DNA of 63,600 nt, counting the filler, from Rhabdomonas costata (lineage: Eukaryota), in the NCBI GenBank assembly GCA_019059605.1. It is 45 parts of 45 records of this genome, joined end to end, with 100 filler letters (N's around TTAATTAATTAA, not from the genome) between each part and the next. Parts side by side here need not be neighbours in the genome. Positions count along the whole stretch, not along the records: positions 24,077 to 25,392 come from JAHMHO010019659.1; positions 25,493 to 26,808 come from JAHMHO010019660.1; positions 26,909 to 28,223 come from JAHMHO010019661.1; positions 28,324 to 29,639 come from JAHMHO010019662.1; positions 29,740 to 31,054 come from JAHMHO010019663.1; positions 31,155 to 32,470 come from JAHMHO010019664.1; positions 32,571 to 33,885 come from JAHMHO010019665.1; positions 33,986 to 35,301 come from JAHMHO010019666.1; 37 more parts are not named here. One strand, given 5' to 3'. Each line of letters starts with the position of its first letter. Positions within the stretch are counted from its first letter, which is position 1. The notes beneath the pieces were generated by a model. The model was not told the DNA's origin. It worked only from the letters and a program-made list of their open reading frames with translations, and did not search any database. Position numbers and translations under genes: made by a program. Shown one piece after another: positions 24,395 to 36,817 of this stretch.

Positions 24395-24620
24395 TCTGTG
24401 TTCTGTATTATTACAGGAAATGTTAACTGTGGTAAATCATCCCTAGTAAAGAACATTCTAGTTCATAAGAAACCACATTATGAACGTATTGTGGTATATT
24501 CTCCTCTTGGTGAAGAAACAAATGAGTATACTGATGTTATAGATTGTGAATGCATTTCAGAAATTCCCGATTTTAGTCTTTTTTGATACAGAAAATTGTT
24601 TTATTATTGAAGATACTGAC
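24395..24620 (+). mobile_element. Degenerate fragment of an A32/FtsK-like packaging ATPase of Polinton/PLV/virophage type
   Basis: AT-rich island: FCIITGNVNCGKSSLVKNIL (Walker A)...HYERIVVYSP...EIPDFS, a frameshift in the T-run near 24580, then FDTENCFIIED (Walker B-like). Confidence 0.6.
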
Positions 24621-25496
24621 CCAGAGAGTGAAGTTCTGGGCGGGCCCACCATTCACCTGACCCCAGGCCACTTGATGGCAGGTTTTTTAAACATCGGTAA
24701 AAGAAACTCGAGATATTCCATGCTTGTTGTTAGGGGAATCCTCTCGACGCAGCCGTTGCCTAACCTGCACCTTGTAGGGGAGCAACCCCAGCTCACGACG
24801 AAACAGCCGATGGAAGACGAAGACAACTCGAAAGCGGAAAGATCAGGTCGAAACTGCATGGACTTGCAAGAAGAAAAAGCAACCAGTGCAGGGCAACCGG
24901 GGGCACCTCTGAACTTCAGAAGCAAAAAAGCGCTTCCAAGCTGAGTCTTCCGCACCTTTTCAGTTTGCGAACAATAATTTCTCCGAAGGGAAATGAATTC
25001 TCCACTGTGCCGTGAAGCATACTTTGTGAAAACCTCTCGCCACGCCGAACTCCACCAACTGGTAACCTAACACCCGCCTTTCATTTAAAAACAGGTCACA
25101 CTGCAACCACCGGTCACAAACCTCATCCCGTCGCCGTGTGTAGAGCTTATTTTCCACCCTGGAAATATCACCACATCCAAAACGACTATCAACCAAAACC
25201 ACTATCTCCGGTACCAGCCTTCCCGAGAGTGGTCAATCCAAGCTAAACAAACAACAAAACGCAGAAACTTTGTTTGGCGTCGTTCTACCGTTTAGAATGT
25301 TACCATTTTAAATTTAGGAAATCGCAGAGCTGGCATCCTCCATCAGGCCCTTCACAATGCTCCTTTCCTCCTTCCCAGGAGGCCACCAACACNNNNNNNN
25401 NNNNNNNNNNNNNNNNNNNNNNNNNNNNNNNNNNNNTTAATTAATTAANNNNNNNNNNNNNNNNNNNNNNNNNNNNNNNNNNNNNNNNNNNNGTGG

Positions 25497-25644
25497 TTTG
25501 TGAATGAATAACGTTCCACCGTTCAAAAAATGAACATTTTGTATTTGAATTTCTCCGACCTCAAGAGACCCGTCACTGAGTCACTGAGGAATTCAAATAC
25601 AAAATGTTCATTTTTTGAACGGTGGAACGTTATTCATTCACAAA
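25497..25644. repeat. Contig-terminal inverted repeat with 55-bp arms (25497-25551 / 25590-25644)
   Basis: Perfect reverse-complement arms around a 38-nt spacer, starting 4 nt from the contig start. Confidence 0.9.
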
Positions 25645-28599
25645 GCGTGTCTGGGTCTGCCGGCAATCCATTTGCTGCGTACAAACAAAAATCCGAGATA
25701 TTGGATTTTTGTTTCTTGACCCAAAGAACTTAACCCCTGCTGCTAAAACGTCGCGTTTCATCTCCTAAAAATGCGTCCATACACGATTGCAGAACATTTT
25801 TCGTTCAACTTTTTGGCTTGTTACTTTAAATGTAATTATTAACAGGGTTTTTTTCGATGAATTGTGGTTCACATTTCTGGGTCCTCTGCAAGTATCTAAA
25901 TCTCAACAAGTTTGATAAAGAGGAACGCCTCAGCGCGAAAATCTCGCATGTGAGGGTTTGGTTTTCATCTTTTAGTCATCACGTAAAGGCGGGAGCTGAG
26001 ATGTTACATTCCCATTGCAGCTGCCTGTGAGGTTTTTCGTCCGAACAGAATATCCTCACGGACGGTGAGGGTGTGCAAACATTGGTCAAACGGGGTCATT
26101 GAGAAGGTTTAGTGAGAGACAACAAATTTTTTCCACCACGTCCTCCCCCCTCAATTTTGCGGAGGAGATTGTTTGGTATGGGTGGGTCTTGAAGAATTGC
26201 GCTACACTTCTAGCCTATAGAACACATCTAGCGGCACGTCAGCACATCTCTCTGTTCCCGTTACTATCCCCACAACCGGGTAGCAGGACCGATGCCTTTT
26301 GCTGAGAAGCTTTCGGGGTTTCCGCGCAACAGCCGCCTCCGTTGGACCATTGGGTGGTCGCAACGGGGAGGTTGCGCGCTGGCTAGGTGGAGGAAAGGGT
26401 TACCCTGCCCGCCGCCTCTGTTCCCAGCCTGTGTCGTCTGTACGCGTTGTCTCCGCTACTTCCGAGCGCGCTGAGCCGGGCGAGTTCAATGGCCCCACTG
26501 GCCCCACTGCGGCTGTCACCGCCCACCACAAGACAAGCACTTCTCTACTTCAGGGTGCCGCTCGGGGCTGGTGTCAAGCACTACCAACTCGCTCCGTTCC
26601 TCATTGAGGTTGTCGAATTACGCCTGGATTCTCGGAGAACGTTTGCTTTGCTGTGACCTGGGAGGCGTCTGTCTCCCTGTACAGCCAGGGCTGGAAAAAA
26701 TAGAGCAGCCTGGAAACTTTATTCTTTGACTTGTCTCTATGTCTGTGCGATGTACAGGCAGAAAAAAAAACAGACGCAAAAAACAGACCTGAAAGAGAAC
26801 AAACAACCNNNNNNNNNNNNNNNNNNNNNNNNNNNNNNNNNNNNNNNNNNNNTTAATTAATTAANNNNNNNNNNNNNNNNNNNNNNNNNNNNNNNNNNNN
26901 NNNNNNNNGTGGGGTTGTGGTCAATGTTAAGTCTCCGGTCCGGTCCGGTCCGGTCCGGTCCGGGGACCATGACGTCACCCAGTGAATGGCCACCTGGGAT
27001 GGAACAGCAGTCTGCACTTGTTCTCCAAGACACCAAGTGGGCCAGACATGTGAAAGGGTCGAACCACTGCGCCCCCGCTTTTACTGACCAAAAAGGGCGT
27101 TGTGTGTGTACCGCTAGAAAAACGAAGACAGTGGAGGCCACCACGGCCAGCGCCACGAAGCTGTGGCACAGCCGTCCCCCCAGCACTGTGGCCATGATCG
27201 CGCAGTTCAGGACGTATCTGCGATATTTCATCACAGTTTTTTTTGGGACGCAACAACAGACAACGAAAAACATCCGGTTTGGTTCCGGTGACTTTGTGCC
27301 AAAGCCTTCCTTTGACTCTTTTGATTTTCAGAATATTTTTCGAAAGGCACAACTTTCGCGCAATTGCACAAAAAATTCCACAACGCCTCAATACGGAAGG
27401 AGTGTTAAGTTGGCAAAAAAAAACAGGGGGTATCGAAATTATGCCAAATGTTCAGCGCCAGAGTCGTGCAGAGGTCATTGGTCCACGAAAAGACGGGAGG
27501 ACCAGAAGAGCGTACGAAGTTCTTTTTTTGCATTCTGGCGTGATTCGGCCAAAATCTGATGTGTGCCAGGGGCAATTCTTTGCATAAATTTTGACAGCTA
27601 CCCCTCGCTCCAATTTTTTTGGGTTGAGTTCGGAACAGCGAGGCAAGGCAGCCGTGTCTCCTAATGAGTTAAAGCTGTAAAAGCTGCATGCACAACCCTG
27701 AGGGACACAAACATCCACACAAAATTTTCACCAAGAGGGTTTCCGAGGGTTTGACAGAGGGACATTGCGAGCTGAATTTGAGGCGAACACCGACCCATAT
27801 TTGCCGACAATGCAGCGAAGGAGTTCACCCCCCCTTCCCATCCCCACTCACCCCGACGGGGCCGCATACGTCAATACAACCACTACGGAGAACAGGATAG
27901 CACCGATCTGGTCGGTCAGCTTTGTTGCCGAGGTGCCCTGACCCAGCATGAAGTAGTACAACGCGCAGTAGGCCTCTTCGCAGAGAAATGGCACAGCGGC
28001 CAGGAGCTGTGAAGGGGCCAAAGTAAAGCTTAGCAGAACCACTTGGCTGCTTCATTACAGCAGATACGTGCTGGGCTGGAGAAAGCAATGCCCGGAATTT
28101 GTGATTTTATTGTGGGAGTTCCGTTCAACAGACCGCTCACACGAACCTGGGTGCATTTTCTGTGCGTGGGGAAGCTGCCAAACATATAAACACAGCACCT
28201 ATCAAAGTATTCTTACCCCCCACNNNNNNNNNNNNNNNNNNNNNNNNNNNNNNNNNNNNNNNNNNNNTTAATTAATTAANNNNNNNNNNNNNNNNNNNNN
28301 NNNNNNNNNNNNNNNNNNNNNNNGGGGTGTTGGGTGGTTCAGATGCGGAGCATGTCCTACACGGTCGTGTGTGCTTTGATTTGTTACTGCACAGTTGGCC
28401 GAGTGGTGCTGAAATCTGGCGCTGTCTCAGTCACCCTTCAGGGACGCCCTTTGCAGCTTCAGCATGTGGTGAATTCTCCTGAAGGCGAGGTCAATTGCTT
28501 GTCCAAATGATTTTGCTGATTTTCTTTAATGGCTCTTGTCTGCACTTCAAGGGCAATGCACTTTTTCAGGGCGCATTTCGGATTACTGAATCCACCTCG

Positions 28600-29617
28600 A
28601 TGGCTGCCATGCTTCCGGACGACGACAGTGTATCTTCCCCTGTGGGCGTATCTGTAGAAGTAGTGAAGCAGAGTGTTGCAGAGCTCGCCCCAAGGGCTCT
28701 GCAGGCCCAGGAGAATGCCCTACGGGAATTTATAAGTACAGCTCTTGCGCCGCAGTACTTGCTCTCCCTGGGGCTGACTCCCGGTCATGGAGTGCTGCTG
28801 TACGGGGCCCCCGGCACCGGGAAAACCTTACTTGCCCGGCACGTCTGCCACACCACTCCGGCCTTTCGGGCGGTACTGCACATCGGCCCCTTGACCCTTG
28901 CGCAATGGCACAAAGAAGCCTCTTCGTCGGAGTGTTCCATGTCCCCGAGTGAGGTGGTCGAGCAGCAGCTTCGCCTGTGCTTCCGCGAAGCCCGGAGGAG
29001 GAGCCCTAGCGCTGTAGTCATCGAAGACCTTGAGCTGCTGTGTGGGAGCTCCCTTAGTGGCTCGGATAGACAAGACGGTCCATCTGCCCCATTGATGCTC
29101 TGTGGCGCGAGTGCTCTTCTGGCCGCAGAGCTGGACGCCCTAGGCAGCCTGTGCGGAAGTGGAGCTGAATCTTGCGCAGATGTGGTTGTCATTACCACAT
29201 CTAGCCAGCCGGAACTGATCGACTCTAGTCTGCGTAGACCGGGGCGCCTGGATCTGGAACTAGAGGTCCCCATCCCGGCTGGCCCGGCAGCCCGCAAGGA
29301 GATCTTGCTCGGCTTGCTGCAGCTGACAGGTGGCCACTGTCTTTCTGAAGTGGAGGTTTCCGCCGTTGCGGAGCATACTCACGGATTTGTCGGGGCTGAC
29401 CTGCAGGCGCTGCTGGCGCGGGCGCGGGTCCGCACGGTGTGGAGGACGATGCATCTGGCGAAGATTGCAGACGCGGATAGCGCTGCAGACAAAGCAAAGG
29501 AACCTTCCAACAATGATGTGGGCTATGCGGACGTTCTTGCAGCTCTCAGGGAGACCAGGCCTAGTGTCCTGCAAGCCGCGGAGCTGGCTGTCCCCAACGT
29601 GAGCTGGTCCGATATTG
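28600..29617 (+). CDS. CDC48-family AAA+ ATPase (AFG2/SPATA5-like); exon covering the D1 domain
   Basis: GVLLYGAPGTGKTLLAR, VVIEDLE, LRRPGRLDLELEVPIP, THGFVGADLQAL, VPNVSWSDIG | gtgtg. Confidence 0.9.
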
Positions 29618-31573
29618 GTGTGTATCTCGCCCCCACACANNNNNNNNNNNNNNNNNNNNNNNNNNNNNNNNNNNNNNNNNNNNTTAATTAATTAANNNNN
29701 NNNNNNNNNNNNNNNNNNNNNNNNNNNNNNNNNNNNNNNTTTGTTGGTGGGCACCGTGCTTTTAATTGGTTTTGGTAATACCTGTTCGTAAACGCCGCCA
29801 CTCGGGCCCCCAAAAGAAGAAAGCACCCGCATCGATGGTGTGGTACAACTTCCACATTCACTCTTCGGGTTCCGCGGATTCCTTACAACAGGTCTTCAGT
29901 TGTGCTCTGTTTTGTTTTGGGGGCTTGTGGCGGTGGCTTTTCTCTCAGGTGGAGCTTCCCTCTGAGATCTGCTCCGTGGTGTGTGATATCTTCGTTGAAT
30001 GTAATTCAGCTGGGATGTTTCATCTGCCGGTGTCCAATTACTGCAATCCAGAACCGAAGCCCAACCTTTCTCTTCCGAACTGACTGCTCCTCGGTATTCG
30101 GCACTGCACGAGCAGTGCTGTTAACGGGCATGGGTCGGCACCGCTTTTGAGAGTGGTCCGGCCAGTGGGCTTCATTCGTCCAAAAGCTGGTCTCCTAGAC
30201 TAAAATATCGGGGAAGCTGCTTCGTAGCCCGGTCTCCTTTATCCCATTTTTATACGGTCTTGGAACACGAAGGCACTCCACCTGTGAACGGGTATGAATC
30301 TGAAACACCTCCTGACGTGATGGCCTTTTGCCAGTGCTCCTTTTGGTTTGGGCTTGTCTTGCACAGCTCTCGGAGGAGAAGGTCTCCGCCGTTCTTGGGG
30401 GCGTCTCTGGCGTCGCAAAGATCGCTCTGAAGTGCCCCGCCCTTGTGGTGAGCTGCGCTGGTAGCTGTTCCAGCGTGCCTTGCGAGCGTTTTGAATTTGT
30501 GCTGTGATAATTGCACAAACGGGGCGGCTCCAACTTTCAATTGGCTTGTGTTTGTTCTATCGTTACTGATTTTTACCTGGGTTGGAACGACTCAGTGGTT
30601 ATTATGAGTTTACGCCAGTGGGCCATACAATGAGAAGGTGCATGAGAAATGAGCATTTTCGACACCCCCCCCCCCCTGTTAAAAACTCGGGAAACCTCGA
30701 TTCGACCAAGTGGTTGGGTTATCTTAATTGTGCGAGACGCTCTCGTTTAATAGAAAGTTCTTCGCTCTTCAATTGCATCGGATATTCCAGTGGTCGCTTC
30801 GTAGTACTCAACTGCACCACCATTGCCTCAACCTTGTATGAAACAGCGCATCGCAGTGGGTACAATGTCTATATTCGTCCGAACATTTCCGGGCCTCCCA
30901 TAGGCATGGACGCCGCCCAGGCCTGCTCCGCGCTCCGCGAGCGCCTGCTCAACCCCACCTCTGCGCTGCGCCGCGCACTGCACTCCGCGGCGACGGAGAA
31001 GGCCCCCCTCCTCCACATCGGCACTGCCTGAGCGCCACAACATGCACACCAACCNNNNNNNNNNNNNNNNNNNNNNNNNNNNNNNNNNNNNNNNNNNNTT
31101 AATTAATTAANNNNNNNNNNNNNNNNNNNNNNNNNNNNNNNNNNNNNNNNNNNNTGTGTTGGGTGGGTTCGGCGTCGGCGCTGGTGTCGCCGTCGCCGTC
31201 CTGGGGGCCTGGGTCAGCAGACGGTTCGGCGGCAGCAGCGGGCTCCGAAGTGGCGGAGGGATCTGCGGCCGGAGTGGCCGGAGTGGCGGTGGTCCCGCTA
31301 AGCTCCCCCGCGTCCAGGACAGTACCAGAAACTACCAGCTCTTCAGCCTTTTTGGTACGAGAGATTAGGTGCATTACAATTTGAACCATGGACGCGGAAG
31401 TCGATCTACTACTCAACTACTAATATGCAAAAGTCTATGGTGTGATGGGCCGGGGTTACACACAAAACCGTTACTTAAGCACACACAAGTGCTTCGAATG
31501 ACGATGGCACAAAAAAAAAGAGGGTCCAGAGTCTTAAAGGGCTGCATTGATGCGGGGGACAGCCGTCCGCAAC

Positions 31574-32282
31574 CTGCTTCTTCTGAATCTGCGTCAGCAT
31601 CTCGGTCTGGGCATGCTGAGCCTCTAGGCTGCGCAGCCATTGCTCCTTCTGGGACTTCAGTTGGTCCTGCAAAGCCTGGCCGCGAGAAAAACCACACCAG
31701 GTCATCTAACCATGCGCACCTCACAAGACCGACAAAGCAAATGAAGACAGGAAAAAAAAACAGAAATTCGGAAGAAAGTTTACAGAGCACACCCTTTGTC
31801 ATGGGTCCTGCTAGTCCTCTGATTTGTCATTATCTTCAACTCGCCTCATCTCTATTGATCTAGAGTCCGCCAACTCAACTGAAGCCTCTTTAGCTATACG
31901 ATGCAATTGATTATTCATTCAACACAGTGCCCTTGTGCTGCAATGCAATGCCTGCCCCACGCCATAAACTCTGAACGGAACCCGTGACAACGGCAAGCCA
32001 GTTGAACCAGCACTGATCACAGGAAACTAATCAAAAAGGAAGGCTGCCAGAGGGGAAAGCCGCGGTTGCCTGGTTTTGACGCTGCTGCTCTTGCAGCTGG
32101 GAAAGGCGCTTGGCCTGTCGTTGCTCCCTTAGCACAGCCTCGGCCTGTGTTTGGATCTGCTGCCGCAGGTGCTGGTGGCCCTGCCAGATGGCGGCCGAGA
32201 GCAGCTGCTTCTGGATCTGCTCCCCCAGGGGCTGCGCAGACTTCCCCTCGCCATCCTCACCGGTCGCGCCCTCCGCAGAGAC
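31574..32282 (-). CDS. Gln-rich coiled-coil protein, exons 32282-32070 and 31675-31574 (probably continues to about 31155)
   Basis: Both exons are phase 0 with clear AG acceptors. The intervening intron begins with GC. Confidence 0.6.
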
Positions 32283-33985
32283 CTACAGGGAAATGCGTCT
32301 TGGATGAATCATGGGCTTGAAATGCCCGCGGAAGTCCCCACACTCTTCCAAGTGGATTCTTTTTTTCACATAGAAAGCCCAGGAAAGAGATGCATACCGC
32401 CTCCTATTCCTCCGCGCCGGAGACGGTGCTCCGGTGCATTTAGCGATACAATCTAACCGAAACAACAACANNNNNNNNNNNNNNNNNNNNNNNNNNNNNN
32501 NNNNNNNNNNNNNNTTAATTAATTAANNNNNNNNNNNNNNNNNNNNNNNNNNNNNNNNNNNNNNNNNNNNGGTGTTGGTGTAAAGTACTCCGCTGTTTAA
32601 AAAAATCACCAGAAATAACCGATTTTTTTTGCCTTTTTTTTTGGAGCTTTTGAAAAAAGGCCTGCTCTTGGCTGATGTGGGTACGAGTTCGTAGGGTGTT
32701 GGAATCCGAGCCTAGTAGGGGGTCAAAAAAACAGAAAAAGTGTATAAACCGCGGCGAAAAACCCAACTTTGTGAAAAATGCCGATTTGATACCCCCACAA
32801 GAGCTCTGAGCACTGCGGTGCCGGGGCAGGGGCCCGAATCGGAGATAGGGCCGCTCCTAATACTCTCAAATGCAAATGCCCTTTCGCACACTTGAAACCC
32901 CCAAATCACAACGGCCTGAAAAAGCACCCATACTGGATCAAATAAAACTTTGTTTAAGCCCATGGCAATTCAAAATTTTCTATTGCTGCTCTTCCGGATC
33001 AATTGCGCCCTGCAACGGCATTTTTTTGTAATGCAACACACCTCAAATATTGCGAGAAGGAATTTTGAGCCCACGTTTTAAGGTATACTTTCCGGTACCA
33101 TCGATTTCCCGTTTTTTTTTCAACGTGATTTGCCTTCCGCGTGTTCCTTCGTTCCTTCGTTACCCATTGGCCTCGGAAGGGGGTCTCTCCAAGCATTTGG
33201 GCGTATTCCGGCGTCTTTCCGATGCCAAGCACGTGCTCAAAGTCATCCAAGATCTTACACTCAGATCTTACACACCCACCCGCCCCTCCCCCGTTCTTGT
33301 AGAAGCTACGCCGTGGTTTCCAGAGTGGATGTTGTGTTGATTGGAGCCACCAGCCTTTGCGGCTAGACCAATTTGTTCCAATGCCGCTTACGCATATCGT
33401 CAAGATTGCAACAACAGCATAACATTCTCGGTCAATGGGTGGAAAAGCACAGTTCCCAGCCAGCCAGCCCAAATAAATCCGGGGCAGCCAAAAAACAAAC
33501 AATGACCGCTGTGCATGCAACCGCACCAAGCAAGAAGTTATGCAGTGCAGAGAAGCAACCCGAAAACCCGAAAATCTGCAGAGAAAGAGGCCCACTGGAA
33601 AAGGAGGGAGCTCAGCACAGTCCGAACCCGCATATACTGCTGCTTTGAGCTGTGAACGTCCATGCTGATGTTGCCGCCTCCAAAAAAAAAAAAAGCACCG
33701 GTTTCACTTGCTCACTTCAGTGCACAACCAGCCCCACCCATCCTCCCTGAAGTGGGGTGGTGCGCCAAAAGTAGTCATATGCACGGCATTTCGTCGACTT
33801 GCCGAGAAGCGCTGCAACCTGGGACAGGTGATTGTGCTTCGCATGAGCGAAAATGTGGTTCTTGTCAAGATGCTGCACCCCCCACNNNNNNNNNNNNNNN
33901 NNNNNNNNNNNNNNNNNNNNNNNNNNNNNTTAATTAATTAANNNNNNNNNNNNNNNNNNNNNNNNNNNNNNNNNNNNNNNNNNNN

Positions 33986-34542
33986 TGTTTTGGGGGTAAT
34001 TCGGTCGCCACATCCGCCAGGGCCTTCCAAAGGGTCACGTGATTGAGCAGCATCGGAACCTTGGAGAAGCCGTTCACACACAATGCTGTTGTCCTGGGAT
34101 TCAAAGACCACCTGGAGCTTGCTTGGCTCTGTGTGGAGAGTCCAATGGCGGATCGTGCAAGGGCGCGCCAGAGTCTTTCATCGTTGAGGTGTTCCGAAGA
34201 CTTGGACAAGGTGCTCACACACATGCCCAAAGTGGCCGAGTCGAAGCGCTCCGCTCGAGTGATCACGGCGTGTACAACGCGCGCAAGCCGCAGCCGGTCC
34301 TCCTTGACGGCAGGTCTCCTGCTGAGGACCTTGATCAGGCCATGCAGCTCAAGGGCCAGCTCGTGGTCGTCTAAGCCATCCGTTCCCGTTTCCGTTAGCG
34401 ACAAGAAAAACCGCCGCTTCTGCGGTCGCCCAATGAAGGAGGTCCGTATCACCCCAACACATGGACATACCGCAGCAAAGGTACCGCTGGTCCCGCGGGG
34501 AAAAAGAAAGCATTGGCCAGAGCCCCTAAAACAGGTTAGCAT
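33986..34542 (-). CDS. Helical-repeat (RAP/FASTK/HPR-like) protein with a putative mitochondrial presequence
   Basis: Arg-rich N-terminus without acidic residues (...RPQKRRFFLS), then repeats F...TLGMCVSTLSK...LWRALA and LNPRTTALCVNGFSK...LWKALA. Confidence 0.55.
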
Positions 34543-36817
34543 CCAACGGATGCCATACTGAGAGAAGGGTACCATAAGCACTGTAAACATCAAGCAACAC
34601 AAAAAACGGGGGTTAGTGAAAGAAAAATCGTTGTGGAACGGGAATTTCGAAAGCATTTTCAGCGGTGGCCGTTGGCCGTTGAGGAAAATATCTGATTCAA
34701 TTTTACATAACGGGCAGCAAGCCACCGAAAAACACGCAAGTTTGCGATTTGGAATTCAGGAAGGAAGGCATTTGACCATCAGAGGTACTGAGCGTAGCAT
34801 TTTTATTTCAGTTTATGGAATGACGAACCAACGAACGACGACAGACCCTCTGTAGCAGTCGACATGTGGCAGACGGGGATAACAGCGTTACAAGCGTTGC
34901 GAGGAAGTCGATATGAATGGATCGACCACATCCGACGGTGGATCCCGACGACTGACGCTAATAAAAACAGGGAGTCGAATTACTATAGACCGGAATCAAA
35001 TTTCTGCGATTATTTAAGAGCATTTCAGGAGCAGCAAACAACAATTAATGATGGCTACGCAAAGCTCCAAAGCTAGCTAGGATGCATACCGTGCTTCCGG
35101 CTGACCGCCATCTGAACCAAATATAACGTAACTTTCCAGAAGAGAAAGACCTTTGCAAGGAAACCGTAGTGTAGTACCCCATGACAACCATTTCCGGTGT
35201 GCGAAAAACAAAGTCGGCGGAGCAGAAGACGCCACCCTCTCAAACGCAAATCATCTGAAAAAACTAATTGGAAGTGCAGCACTCGCAGTGCCCTCAACAA
35301 CNNNNNNNNNNNNNNNNNNNNNNNNNNNNNNNNNNNNNNNNNNNNTTAATTAATTAANNNNNNNNNNNNNNNNNNNNNNNNNNNNNNNNNNNNNNNNNNN
35401 NGGGGGGTTTGGAAGACTCGCTGGGGGCCCATCATTGCCTCGTAAACGATGGTACCCCACCGCTCCACCTGTGCCGCTCCAAAACGCTCGTATCGCTCGA
35501 AAAGTTAAAAAATAGTGCCTAGCGAATTCCGAGTTGAAGTTTCTTCACCTGTCCTTCCTCCTGAGTCACAATGTTGCCTGCACAAGGTGCCCAATACAGA
35601 TCAAAGAAATTTCAGATGATAACTTGGTTCTGCCTATTTACAATACATAGCTCTAGCTCGAAATCGCTTCTCCGCTCATCCCATTTTATAAGACAAATCT
35701 CAAAATAAAAAGGATGCCGTCGGAAAATAATTCTGCATCTCCGTCCCCATTCCCTCCAAGGGTCAATGTTGGGACAAACTGTGGGCCTATCTCGGCATTG
35801 ACTTTTCGAGCACAGGAGGGCGAAACTGAAGAGGCAGACGCATGTTCAGCGTATTGTTTTTCCCCCTTTGCCGAATTTCGGCATTTTCAAAGCATTCTCT
35901 GGGGACTGTACCCATACACGAGCATGGGAAGGTCATGGTGCAGAAAAGAATTCCTGATTGAGTACTGTATTTTGGGGGCCATAGGTAGTGAGTCCAAAAA
36001 AGATCCAGAAATATTTGCAGTTTGTTTTGAGTTGAGTTTGTCAAGTGCTCGTCACTGGGACTCAGAGGGACGGGAAAAGAAACCTTGAGTACAAAGTTCA
36101 TGTTTTCATTTCATCTTGGTGCGAAAATCATTGCTGGATCGAAGACAATCTTGGGGAGAAGCCTCTCAGCCTTCAAGGGTGCCGACGTTATGCTCGGTAT
36201 GGACGATTCACGAAGACCTGTCGGTTGGTTGGGGTGTGGCCCAGGTCGGCGCATGCCTTGCCGACCGCGGCGATGTGCTGGTGCAGCAGGGAGGTCCGCC
36301 TAGGGGCGGATTGGGCAGCCACAGCCCCGTGGCCGTCCATGCTTCGCCGCTTCTGTTGGATGGAAAACACGAGAGAGAGAGCCGTAGTACGGGACAAAAA
36401 TGAAACCGAGTCGCAGAGAGACGCAAGTTCACAACTAGCACCGGCCGCAGCACTGAATGTATCAGGACAAACGCAACTGTGGTAAGTGGCACCCAAAAAC
36501 AAAAAGCTGTCCAAAAAACGCCCCAAAGAATCGGACTCGAAGTCGGCGCAGCAGCATTCCAGAGGAAATAAAAAGAACGAAGACGTATCGGAGAAATCGA
36601 CATGCTTCAACACACACATGCACATTGCCGTTGGCGCTGCGCACAGACACAAGATCTGAAAGCCACCCACGCAGGGGGACATTACAAGCACCCCACACCC
36701 CAACCACACCCACCACANNNNNNNNNNNNNNNNNNNNNNNNNNNNNNNNNNNNNNNNNNNNTTAATTAATTAANNNNNNNNNNNNNNNNNNNNNNNNNNN
36801 NNNNNNNNNNNNNNNNN

